Shown here one piece after another: positions 48,950 through 60,770 of a DNA stretch of 64,000 nt (position 1 is its first letter; every line of letters starts with the position of its first letter). A program made the translations under genes and the position numbers. The notes beneath the pieces were generated by a model. It was not told where the DNA came from and searched no databases. It was given only the letters and a program-made list of their open reading frames with translations. Origin of the DNA: Felis catus (taxonomy: Eukaryota); contig NC_058371.1 in the NCBI RefSeq assembly GCF_018350175.1, forward strand, positions 195,362,001 through 195,426,000. The letters are read 5' to 3'.

Positions 48950-49604
48950 GTATAGGAGGTGTTAACTTTAATATTTTAAATTATCTTGTATACTCCATTA
49001 TTTTCTAGATATTCATATTACTTATGAGATGATATAAAATGATCTAAATTGCATCTCAATAAAGCTGTTGTATTAAAAAAATTATTCTTAAATATGGAAG
49101 GTTTTTTTTTTTATTCTGATGTATCACTTTTTAAATTCTATTGCTGTATCTAAGTTATACATTCTGTCAGGTACCAGCTTATACAGCTCTCATTAGCAAT
49201 TTATTTTCCAGCCATTGTGGAATGAATTATCACTGGAAAATGGATTGTTTGCATGTGAGTAATCAAGCCTTGCTGGTGATATTAGTGGAATTAATCTGTG
49301 CTTTTTTGTTTACTAAAGTGTCAAACATTTATCTGGAATATTTCATTGAATAAAATTGCACTTTCTCTGGGCACTGATCCTATGTAGCATACAAAAAAAA
49401 AAAAAATACACACACATAAGCATTTGAAATAAAAAAGCTAAGACTTGTCCATCTAAAATATTACTTTTCTTCTAGTACAACTTAAGGATATTAAAGCCAT
49501 TCAGCACTTTTACATTGATCAGAAATTCTCAATGAAAAATAAATATTACACTGTTTATAAATTCCATTCTAAAGTACAGCTTATTGATATTGCTTCTTTC
49601 CTAG

Positions 49605-49743
49605 GCAAAAATAGTGTGGACTTAGAAGAATCATCAACAAAGACTTTGGAACTGAAAACCCCCAGAATTAAAGAAGTCCTTAAAGAGCGGAAAGTATTAG
49701 AGAAAAAGGTAGCCTTAAGCAAAAGAAGAAAGAAAGATTCAAG
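49605..49743 (+). CDS. BOD1L1: BOD1L1 exon 8 (139 nt)
   Basis: cctag|GC AAA...TCA AG|gtacat; KNSVDLEESSTKTLELKTPRIKEVLKERKVLEKKVALSKRRKKDS. Confidence 0.95.
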
Positions 49744-50430
49744 GTACATGTTGTATCTGGCAGTGCTCCCATTATAACTTTCCCCTGGCATACTTTCAGA
49801 AGGGAGGCATTGGCAGTGACAGTAAAGAACCTTACCTTGAAAGTGTGTGTTATTGTTGCACATTTATGAGAACCATGGGGGTTCAGAACTCTTTATATCC
49901 TCATTCCTTGTGTTAGTATCTCTACTGTAAAGTAGTGTGTTTTAATGTTTTTGGGAGAGGGGGGGCCCGGAACTTTTTCATAATCTGATGGCAGTTTCGG
50001 ATCTCCCCAGAAAAATGCATGTGTATAAACATACAGTTGTTTTGAGAATTTCAGAGTTTATGGACCCTCTAGAATACGCAGGAAGTATCCCTACAGTAGC
50101 CACTTAACCACTTATTTATAGTGACTGCATCCATTTTCTAGTCTTGCTAGGCATTCCCTTCAACAGGGTCTCATGCTTCTCCCTGTAAACCAGAGGGCTG
50201 AACCAAATGCTTATCTGTCATTGCATTGTCATAGTGAATTCTATAAGAATTAGAAAGCCAAAGAGACTCTGAAAGTGGCCTGAAGGCCCATGAGCCATAG
50301 GCTACAGTCAAGTTGCATTATGTACATTTGTCACAGACTTGGATTTAGCTGAACCAGTAACTAATCTTACTGAGAAATTCTTATATTTTATTCAAATTAA
50401 GCTCATATATGACTTTTTCTTCCCACTTAG

Positions 50431-50503
50431 GAATGTTGAAGAGAGTTCTAAAAAGAAACAGCAATCTGAAGAAGATTCCAAAGAAACTCTCAAGACAAGT
50501 GAG
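50431..50503 (+). CDS. BOD1L1: BOD1L1 exon 9 (73 nt)
   Basis: cttag|G AAT...AGT GAG|gtgtgt; NVEESSKKKQQSEEDSKETLKTSE. Confidence 0.94.
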
Positions 50504-51205
50504 GTGTGTCTGAATTAATAAAACCCATTTTAAATGTTCTTTTGTTAGATAAAGGCCATTCAGTCCTTCGGAGTAAAACTTGGAATGCAGTTTGATCTTT
50601 TCCAAGTTAGATAAAAAATGTATCACCTTCAGCATTCTTGAACCCCCATCTTATTATGACCTGAATTCCTCATTTTGACCAAGTTGATTCATGTGATCTT
50701 TTATCCAAGTAATAGCTACTTTTCTACTTTCCTTTCCCTCATTCCCCAGCCCCCCACCCTCATTTGTTATATTAGCAATAGCAAAATTGCCAGTAATGAT
50801 AATGGAAAAGAAAGAGGGTAGCTAAAATCCCTTCTCCAGGGCAGATTATTCACTTCATTCTCCTACACTCCTCCACAAATGTACATAATTTTGTAGAGTG
50901 GGTGAAATCTTGCAAAATGATTTTAACATTCCCTCTTGCTCATTTCATGTTACCTTGTAAGTTTCTAGTTATTGTATTTAATGACTGCATAGGGTTGTAT
51001 TGAATAGATAGACTGTAACTTAAGTATTCCCTTATAGTTGAGCACTTAGATTACTTCCAAGATCTGCCAATGTAAGTACTGAAAGTATGTTTAATGAATA
51101 CATTTTTTCCCCATTTGGATTATTTTCTTGGGATAAACTTTTGCTTTCACTGGATTCAGATCCTTATTTACCCTGCCATGTTTATAATTCTATAGCCAAA
51201 CTATC

Positions 51206-51325
51206 TTTTTTTTTCTTTTTTTTTTTTTTTTTTTTGAGCAGACTCCACGCCCAACCTAGGGGTCACTCTCACGACCCTGAGATCAGGAGTTTCACGCTCT
51301 ACTGTCTGAGCCAGCCAAGCACCCC
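51206..51325 (-). mobile_element. Short antisense CAN-SINE in an L1-like remnant, intron 9
   Basis: Poly-T tail and short head; AAACTATCTT flanks. Confidence 0.7.
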
Positions 51326-52503
51326 TATACTGAAACTATCTTCACATTTCCAAGGGAAAACTAATAATTTAGTGATTATTTATTCATAGCCAATAAATAA
51401 TCTTGATTTCTTTATTCAGAAATTAGAGGCATATTAATAAGAATATCCTGATGTTTTAATGGCATACTTTAAAATATTTAACTTCATTTTGTGATAAATT
51501 TCTTTTAAAAATGGCTTCATAAAATTTTGTTCATATAAACTGGTTGAAGCTTACTGTAAAATTAGGCGATAAAATCCTTGTTAGTTCTTTCTTTGAGGAA
51601 TTTCACTTTAAAGTGTTTTTTTTAAGATCTTTCTGTGTCCTACTCCTGAATCTGTAGAAGTGCATTAATCTTTGTGTTAAATTGTAAGAAGTTGCAGTGA
51701 TAAACTAACCCAGAGACACAGATCCTTCTGAGAACTTCAGCTCATTATTTGAATGAGAAATTATAGGTAGTAGTCAATGAGACTGTAGTATGTGTGGTCT
51801 GCGTTCACTGACTAACATTAATAATGTACTCGGTGCCATACTGTGGGACAGGGAGGAAGGGTCGGATGCTCTGGTCCATCATTGTCTTCCTTCAGATACA
51901 TAAACATACATGTGCTTGATATGTGATAAGGTTACTGTTACAGTGAGGTTTTGCGTACATTTGAACTTCCTAACTAGAATGTCCTTTAAGGAGCCTGAAT
52001 TCATGAGGTTTCCACAAATCATTCAGGCTCCTAAATTAAAATGTAAGAAACCTTCATTTCAGTATAGAATTTGTAAATTGTCTTCATCATGTTTTGGAAC
52101 TGAAAAGAACATTGAGCTCTCATTCATGCAGCTTATATTTATTAGTGGCTGCTGGGTGTTAGTGAGCTTTAACGGTTTGGAGTTCAAGGAGGCCTCCCAA
52201 ATGCAGGGACAGGTCTCAGGAGAGATAGCTGGTCTCTGCACAGATCTCTGCGGTGCAGTGGGAAGAGCCCTAGACTGCGAATGAATTCATCTGAAGTCGT
52301 TGGCCTGGGGACAAGGTCATCAAGTCCCACTGAGCTTCGGTTTCCCGATGCACCAAGTGGGGTCACCAGTACCTACCACAGGCTGCTGGCGAGCTTAAGT
52401 GACATGTAACACGTGATGGCACTCAGCATATCAGGGGTACCCAAATGCTAAGTTTGATTTTAGTATTGCTCATATTTACCTTTTTTTTTTTTTTTTTTTA
52501 CAG

Positions 52504-55500
52504 CATGGCGAAAAGGAAAAAGTGTCCTCTTCAAAGGACCTGAAGCATGTTCACACAAAAAGCGAACCAAGTAAACCTGCCCGGAGACTTTCCGAGTCGT
52601 TGCATTCGGCTGATGAAAACAAAAATGAGTCCAAGATAGAGAGAGAACACAGAAGACGCACATCCACCCCCGTCGTGGAGGAAGGGGCACAGGAAGAGGC
52701 TGATGCAAGAGATGGGAAGAGGCAGGCAGAACGGTCAGAGGTTGGCACCGAAGAGCCCCAGAAACAGAAGAGCACACTTAAAAATGAAAAGCACCTAAAG
52801 AAAGATGATTCTGAAACACCACATGTGAAAAGCCTACCTAAGAAAGAGGCAAAGTCCTCAAAGGACAAGCCTGAAAAAGAGAAGACTCTGTCAGAAGACA
52901 AAGTGTCTATGAAACATAAATATAAAGGTGACGGTCTGCATAAAACGAGTGAGGAGACGGAGCTTCACTCTTCTGAGAAAAGCTTAAAAGTGGATGAAAA
53001 TACTCAAAAGCAAAGTCAACAACCAAAACTGTCTTCGGATGATAAAACTGAACGAAAAAGTAAACATAAGAATGAGAGGAAATTATCAATTTTAGGCAAA
53101 GATGGGAAGCCAGTTTCTGAATATATTATAAAAACAGATGAGAATGTTCGTAAAGAAAACAACAAAAAAGAGAGACATGTTTCAGCCGAGAAAACTAAGG
53201 CAGAACACAAATCAAGAAGATCAAGTGATTCTAAAGTTCAGAAAGATTCTCTGAGTTCAAAGCAACACGGAATCCCATTGCAGAGAAGAAGTGACAGTTA
53301 TTCAGAGGACAAGTGTGATATGGACCCAACTAATGTAGATAGTAATTCGAAACCAGAAGAGATGGTTCACAAGGAGAAGCGAAGAACAAAGAGCCTACTG
53401 GAAGAGAAGCTTTTGTTAAAGTCGAAACCAAAAAGTCAGGGCAAGCAGTTAAAAGTAGTTGAACCGGAATTACAAGAAAGTGTCGCGAAACAGGTGACCA
53501 CTCCAAAACCAGATAAGGAGAAGAACGCAGAAGAGATCAACCCAGATAGACAGCGAAAGTCTAAAGTTGAAGACAAACCTTCTGAGGAAACTGGTGTAGA
53601 AGCTGTATCGGACAGTGCCGCTTCTTCACACGGGGTACAGAAGGACTCTTCGAGTCACAGAGCCAAGTTACCATTAGCAAAGGAGAAATATAAGGCTGAA
53701 AAAGATTCAGGCCCCTCCAGACCTGAGAGGAAGTTATCAGATGGGCACAAAAGCAGAAGCTTAAAGCATAGCAGTAAGGAAGTGAGAAAAAGGGAAGAAA
53801 ATAAATCGGATGACAAAGATGGTAAAGAAGTTGACAGTAATCACGACAAGGCCAGAGGGAATAGTTCGGTTATAGAAAAGAAATTGAGTAGGAAGTTGTG
53901 TGAAAACCGAAGAGGAAGCTTATCCCAAGAAATGACCAAAGGAGAAGAAAGATCAGCAAACACCTTGGGCACCACCAGTAGTTCCTCCATTCAGAGACCA
54001 AAAAGGAGTGGTGATACCACATCGATGCCTGAACAAGAGCCAATGGAAATTGATTCCGAGCCAGCTGTTGAAAATGTGTCTGAAGCATCTAAAAGCCAAG
54101 ACAACAGCAATACTATCTCTCAACAAGACGTTGACTCTGAAAATGTTACGAAACAAAAAACCGCAGTCCCGGTTCTAAAGGATGAATTAAGAACTTCCAC
54201 AGTAGACTCAAAAACAGCAGCTCCAGCCTGTAAATCAGGACGTGGGACAGGAGTTGTTAGTAATTCTGAAAGGCACGCTGACCATAAAAGCACCCTGACC
54301 AAGAAAGTGCATATCCAAAGTGCTGTGTCCAAACTGAACCCTGGGGAGAAAGAACCCATTCACCAGGGAACTCATGAAACAAATACAGACTCCGAAACTA
54401 GTCCTACACCGTTTCCTCGAGCCCCGTCCGACAATGACAGGGCACAAAAGAATTTGAAAAATACAACCAGGCCCCCCGAAGAACATGCTGCCCAAGGAGA
54501 TGCTGATCGTGTACATTCCCCAAATTTAGATCCTTCACCATCCTTAAGTTCAGTAACTGTCGTGCCTCCAAAACAGTCTCCTGATTCGGACGTAATTCCT
54601 TTGGTTGACGGGAGGACTGTTTTAGAAGGCGACCCAGCCAGCCCCTCACTTGTGGAGCGCTCTGGTATTCCTAACACAAGTTTGACTGCTAGGGAATCAC
54701 AAGTCCTTATGACAGGTGACAGCAAAGAAAGTGGGGCAGTTTCCACAGTAGATACACCGGCAAAAGCAAGCGTGGATAGCAAAAGACACATTCCAGAAGG
54801 TTACCAGCCCACTATGTTGCACAGTAAGCAGGGACAAGTAAACATGCCTGTTGGTAGCAAGTTAACTGACGCGAGGATGGAAAATGAGAGTGTTAACACA
54901 GAAGATGGCTTGATGGACGTGGCCAGGAAAGAAAGTGACTTAAGCACGGAGCCCAGTTCAAAGCCGACAGTGAGAGCTGTGCAAGAAAATGGCAAAAAGC
55001 ATGGCGTCACTGTTGACCCAGTGCTCGGCACGCGGACAGACAAAGCTGCCGAGACAGTTGTGCTCAAGTGTAGTAGTGGCCCAGGTGAAGTAGAAAACAC
55101 ATCAGTTGATGTTGAAAGAAGGACTGAAAACAGCGAGGTGGACACCAGTGTTGGATGTAATGCCACTTCCCCAGTTTTGCAGCAAAGGAGTGGAAATGCT
55201 GAGGGTGTGACTGCCGGGCCTGGCAGAGCAGAAAAGTCTTCTTTTGCCACTAGTTCCGAAGGGAAAGGCGAAGGTGTTCCCTTCAATACCGTGAAGGCGG
55301 GGGATGCTACAACCACGTCCTCAGAAACAGGACAGGGTGAGGTGGCTGTGCCCTGCATGAGCATTGAGGCAGACGAAGGCTTCGTAGCAGGTGTCTGCTC
55401 TGGAAACAGTCCCCTTCACGTCGGGGCAGAAGCCAGCGAATGCACTGTCTTCGCGGCGGCCGAAGAAGGCGGAGGCGTTGTCACAGAAGGGTTTGCCGAA

Positions 55501-58489
55501 AGTGAAACCTTCCTCACAAGCACCAAGGAGGGAGAGAGTGCAGAGTGTGCTATGGCCGAATCCGAAGAAAGGGCAGCAGACCCCGTGACTGCTCACGCAG
55601 TAACAATTGAAGACAATGTCAATAGTGGGGTGACAGAAGAGAAAGATGATGCTGTCACCAGCGCCGGCTCTGAAGAGAAGTGTGACGGCTCTTCACGTAG
55701 TGCGTTGGAAATGGCAGAAAGAACTGTCACCTTTATCAGTGAGGTTGAAAGCGATGGCGCGGTGACAAGTGCTGGGACAGAAGTAAGGGAGGGCTCCTTA
55801 AGCAGTGAGGAGGTGGATGGGTTCCAGAGAAATGTGACGAGAACGGGCCCCAAAAAAGAAACCGAGGGGACTGTGACATGCACCGGAGCGGAAAGGAGAA
55901 GCGCTGCTTTTGTCATGTGCTCCGTCACAGGCGCAGAGCGACAGGAGGAGCGTGTGGTTACAGGCGCAGCTGTGGCCCTGGCGGGTAATGACGCGCCACC
56001 AGGAACCAGCGCCCCCCAGGACGGAGACGCTTCTGTGAATGACGGCGCAGAAGGTGAGAGTGCCGTCACCAGCACTGGGATAACAGAAGAAGATGGAGAG
56101 GGGCCAGCCAGCTGCACAGGCTCGGAAGAGGGCAGCGAGGGCTTTGCTCTGAGCTCTGAATCAGAAGAAAATGGAGAGAGCGCAATGGACAGCACGGTAG
56201 CCAAAGAAGCCACTAACGTGCCTTTGGTCGCCGCTGGCCCATGTGACGACGAAGGCATTGTAACGAGCACCGGCGCAAAAGAGGAGGACGAGGAAGGTGA
56301 AGGTGTGGTGACCAGCACCGGAAGGGGAAATGAAATCGGGCATGCATCCACCTGCACCGGGGCAGAGGAGGAAAGCGAGGGGGTATCGATTTGCGGAAGT
56401 GCCGAAGAAGGGGACAGTCAGATTGGTACTGCGGCAGGGTGCGTGGGAGCTGAGGCCGGAGCCACCGTCACCAACGCCAACGAGAGCAGTGTTGACAGCT
56501 TGAGCGGTGCGGAGAAGGGCATGAAAGATCCGGAGATCTGCTCCAGCGCCAAAGGCGTCGTGGAAAGCAGCGTGACCAGTGCGGCTTCAGGGAAGGGTGA
56601 CGTGGCCCCAGTTCCCGGAGGTTGCGAGGCTCCCATGACCAGTGCAGCTTCAGATCACAGTGACAGTCTGCTCACCGGGAAGGAAAAAGTGGACGACACC
56701 ACTACTTCCACTGGCTTGGTGGGGGGCAGTTACGAGGCGCTCGGGTCAGGTGCGGGCCCACAATGTGAAGCTGGGCACATGTCGCCTGGTGGGAAGGAAG
56801 ACGAAGGAATCATCACCTCTGGGGAAAATGAAGAGTGTGATGGCCTTCTGGCCACTACAGCCAGTGACACCATTACCAACCCAGCTGGCGTAGCTGGGGG
56901 CAAAAGTCCAGGCAAAGGCTTGCTGATTTCCACCAGCACGACAAATGATTGCACCCCTCAGCTAAGCACAGTTGCTGATGTACGGGAGGGTCATTCAAGC
57001 GCACTGAGAGGTGGGGCAGATCGGGAAGGTGCCGGCATAAATGGGGAAGAATTCGAGGCCCCCATGCCCAGTGCGGTGTCAGGCGAGAGCCAGCTGGCTG
57101 CCGTGAGAAATGAGGACAAAGACGAGTGTGCCATGATTTCCACGAGCATCGGCGAAGAGTTCGAGGTGCCGATTTCTAGCGCGACGACCCTCGCGTGTGC
57201 CGAAAGTCAGCCGCCGGCGGCCGCGGCGGAGGAGAGTGCCAAAGGCGCCGGCTCGGCGAGCGCCGACGACTTCGAGGTGCCCATGCCCAGCGCGCCCACG
57301 CAAGCTGAAAGCCCCCTTGCCTCGACCAGCAAGGAGGAGAAGGACGAGTGCGCGCTCATCTCCACCAGCATAGCGGAGGAGCGCGAGGCCTCCGTGGCAG
57401 GCGCGCGGCCCGCCACCACCCTGGAAGAGAAGGACGGCAGTGCCATCATCTCCACCAGCTCGGGGGAGGACTGCGAGGGCCCCGTGTCCAGTGCCGCCCC
57501 GCGGGAGGAAGGCCACCCCTCGGCTGTGCGGGCGGAGGAGGTCGGCGACACCGCCATGATTTCCACGAGCACCTCCGAAGGCCGCGAGGCGGTCATGTGG
57601 GGCGCTGTCCCACGGGACGATGAGCGGCCCGCCGCTGCAAGGACGGAGGACTCCAGCGATACGGCCATCATCTCCACCAGCACGGCCGAGTGCGTGCTGC
57701 TGCCTGCCAGCCTCGACAGGCACGAGGAGAGCCCGCTGACCGCCAGCGTCGCCGACAGAAAAGACCCCTCGGCCGCCAGGAGGAGCCGGGGTGAGGCCCC
57801 GACGCCCAGCCCGATGGCCGCGAACAGCCCTCCACACCCAGCGCCGCCGCCAGGGGCCAGAGCCATGGGCCCCGAGGACCGTCCCTGCGAGGTGCCACCG
57901 GCAGTGACAGAACGGAGCGAGAGCCCTTCGCCCCTCGTCGGTGTGGCAGAGAGGAGCACGTGGCCGAGCTCCGTTCAGAGAGGGCGGGGGGGCCAGGGGG
58001 CCGCCGCCGCAGGGCATGACACCTGTTGGGCAGGGAGGGGCGAGCAGAGGGGAGCGGGCGCACCCGAGGATGGACAGGGGCGGACGGCCGGGGACGCCTC
58101 CCTCGGGAGCTGCTGTTTGCCGGCAGTGAGTCCCGGTGCCGGGAGGGCCGACAACGTGCCTCCTGTCCCAGACGCTGCAGCGCGGCCGCCCTCTCCTGGG
58201 CACCGTGGGCCGGCCGACCCCGGGAAAACCACCACCAGTGAATGTGTTAATGGCCGAGAGTCAGAAACTGGTCCTTCCCACGGGGCGCCCCTTCCAGCTG
58301 CCTGTGCTGTAGCTCCGTCGGCTCCAAGACATGAGCAGGACTTGACCGTGACAAGTGACCACAACGGCGGACGGACAATCCAAGGGTCCAGTGAGAAAGC
58401 AGGAGACGGTAGTGGCATGAGGAAATCATTCCAGGAGGAAAGAGACCTCAAGGTCATTGTTCCTCCTGAGGAGAATTTGCACGATATAG
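52504..58489 (+). CDS. BOD1L1: BOD1L1 giant exon 10 (5986 nt)
   Basis: Long poly-T tract + acag|CAT GGC GAA...GAT ATA G|gtgaga. Accounts for the 1998-aa ORF 52522-58518. Lys/Glu/Ser-rich and then Gly/Ala/Glu/Thr-rich low-complexity protein matching recalled BOD1L1; phase consistent with exons 9 and 11. Confidence 0.96.
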
Positions 58490-59615
58490 GTGAGACTCTC
58501 CCTAATTGCACATACTAGCGTTTTACAAAGGTGATTGCACGTAGGGTATGTTTAAAACCATCTTTCAAAAGGTGGTTTTGCCTCCAGGATGTCACAAAAT
58601 AACTTCTCAAGTAGGAAGACTGAGCTCAGAACCATGGGTTTAAAAACTTAAAACCTTAGACCCGTTTCTCATGTGCCAGGAGAGCAGAGGCAGGAAGCTG
58701 GGGGAGGGGAGGTCAGCCACCGTGTGTGATTTGCATGGCTGCTGCAAGCTACTAAGCCTTGAAGCCTCGGGTTTTTGTCAAAATGAACACTACCTTACAA
58801 CAGCCCTGTGAAGTGAGCATTTTCTTATCACTCCATTTACACATGAGAAAAGAGGTTCAGAGAGTTTAAATAACTTGCATGGTACTTAGGGCCCTTTAGA
58901 AAAAAATTACTTCCGAGCCTTAGTTTTCCATCCTATAAAAGGCGGATAATAGTGCAAAAACAAACACGATTCAGCCCTCATCTAACGTCCTATAGATTTG
59001 CGACGAATGTCAGTTCAGTCCGGCTGGCTACTTGTCATCAGGGGAGCACAGTATTTTTTAATGGAGTTTTTCATTCAGGTAAAGTGAGCTTCTGGTTTGG
59101 AATTTGAAAGACAAAAAGAAACGTGTTCCCTCCTGACAGATCTCAGAGAGTAGATGTTGGTAGAAACAGTTGGTAACTTTCAAAGGGGTAACCTTTAGGC
59201 TCAGTCATTCACTGTGCCATCCAACTTGGGACATCCTGTGCCAGCCATGACTGTGCTGGGCTTTGGGGAAGGGGAACAGCTGTGAATCCGGCTTTGCATT
59301 TTAAGTAGGCAGGGACGCTCTGATGGCAGGCACTTAGATGCTGTGGGAACTCAAAGGGACGTCGTGGGCTGGACCTGAGGGAGTCAGGGACGTCGACTTC
59401 TTTTCTGTGGGTGTGTGAATTAGAGTGTTCTGGACTTTTAAACTGCAGCAGCCCTTAGATGTCATCAAATACAGCCTCAGGAAGCTGAGGCCAATAGATT
59501 GAGTCCTGTTCATGATAGGGACTTAAGGGGCATTAAGAAGTGTTCCAAGGGTTGAAATAAGGGACTTGAAATTTTTCCATTGCTTTTTGCCTGGGAAAAT
59601 TGAGTGTTCTGCCAA

Positions 59616-59809
59616 TTTTGTTTATTTTTGACAGAGAGACAGAGAATGAGTGGGGGAGGGGCAGAGAGAGGGAGACACAGAATCCGAAGCAGGCTCCAGG
59701 CTCCAAGCTGTCAGCACAGAGCTCGACAAGGGGCTTGAACCCACAGGCCACAAGATCATGACCTGAGCCTAAGTCAGACACTCAACTGACTGAGCCACCC
59801 AGGCGCCCC
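59616..59809 (-). mobile_element. Antisense CAN-SINE, intron 10
   Basis: AGTGTTCTGC at 59603-59612 and 59811-59820. Confidence 0.9.
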
Positions 59810-59907
59810 AAGTGTTCTGCAACTTTTTATGCATTAACCATTGCTACAGTCTGCTACTCCTTTCTCCCCTGCTTTGTTTCCCTGAAGGAACAAGATAGAA
59901 GAGGTTT

Positions 59908-60119
59908 GGGGCGCCTGGGTGGCTCAGTCAGTTGAGCGGCGGACTTCAGCTCAGGCCATGATCTCACGGTTCATGGGTTCGAGTCCCGCGTCGGACTCTG
60001 TGCTGACAGCTCGGAGCCTGGAGCCCGCTTCAGATTCTGTGTCTCCCTGTCTTTCTGCCCCTTCCCGCTTGTGCTCTGTCTCTGTGAAAAGTGAATAAAC
60101 GTTAAAAAGAAAAAAAAAA
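59908..60119 (+). mobile_element. Sense CAN-SINE, intron 10
   Basis: ATAGAAGAG at 59895-59903 and 60120-60128. Confidence 0.9.
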
Positions 60120-60770
60120 ATAGAAGAGATTTTAGCAAGGAAAAGCCCGCATCCTCTTAGAGAAAGGAAGGATTTTCTTTGGAGGCTTCTGTGCGGGTGG
60201 ATGAAAGAACTGGAGGCCACAGTCACAGAGGGACGAGGGCGAGAGAGAAAGGGTCACAACAGGGATAGGACTGAGTCTTACCAGAGAAAATGCCATTTTC
60301 TTTCTGTCGCTCCCGGTTTCCTAACTTTATTTTCAACTCTGCTGTGTCAGGGTGAAGCAAGCAAAGTGAATCTGTTCATAAACATGTTCTTTGTTGAGAA
60401 TATAGCTCAGCGGCCCAGAGTTTTTTCTTTTAGGGCCAAACTTGATGCAGAACACTGTAGAAAAATATTTGGAAATATCACGTCTCCAGAAATAATCTTC
60501 TGTTATTCTTTCTGGGCAGCCATCTTAACAGCGAGAAACAGTTTCACCCCCAAACTTAGCAAACGACTCCTGCCTTTCAGCCACGATTTTTCACACGGCC
60601 TCCTTTTGTTGTTTTCTACTGACAGCAAAATAAAACAGCGGTGGAAGGGGTCACGGCAGGCTAGGGAACAACATTGTTACCTTTTGATTCAGCATGTTTT
60701 TTTTTGTTTTTTTTTTTTTTTTTTTTTGCAAGCAAATTCTTAAATTGGTTAACGGTTTGGCTTTCTTTAG

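Noticed and set aside
55593-58511. Long antisense and alternative-frame ORFs (254, 374, 250, 178 aa) over exon 10
   Set aside because: Expected shadows of a GC-rich coding strand with few reverse-strand stops; no recognisable domains.
52522-58518. 1998-aa ORF read as a stand-alone gene
   Set aside because: It starts at GTG 18 nt inside a spliced exon and ends 29 nt past a consensus donor; it is BOD1L1 exon 10.
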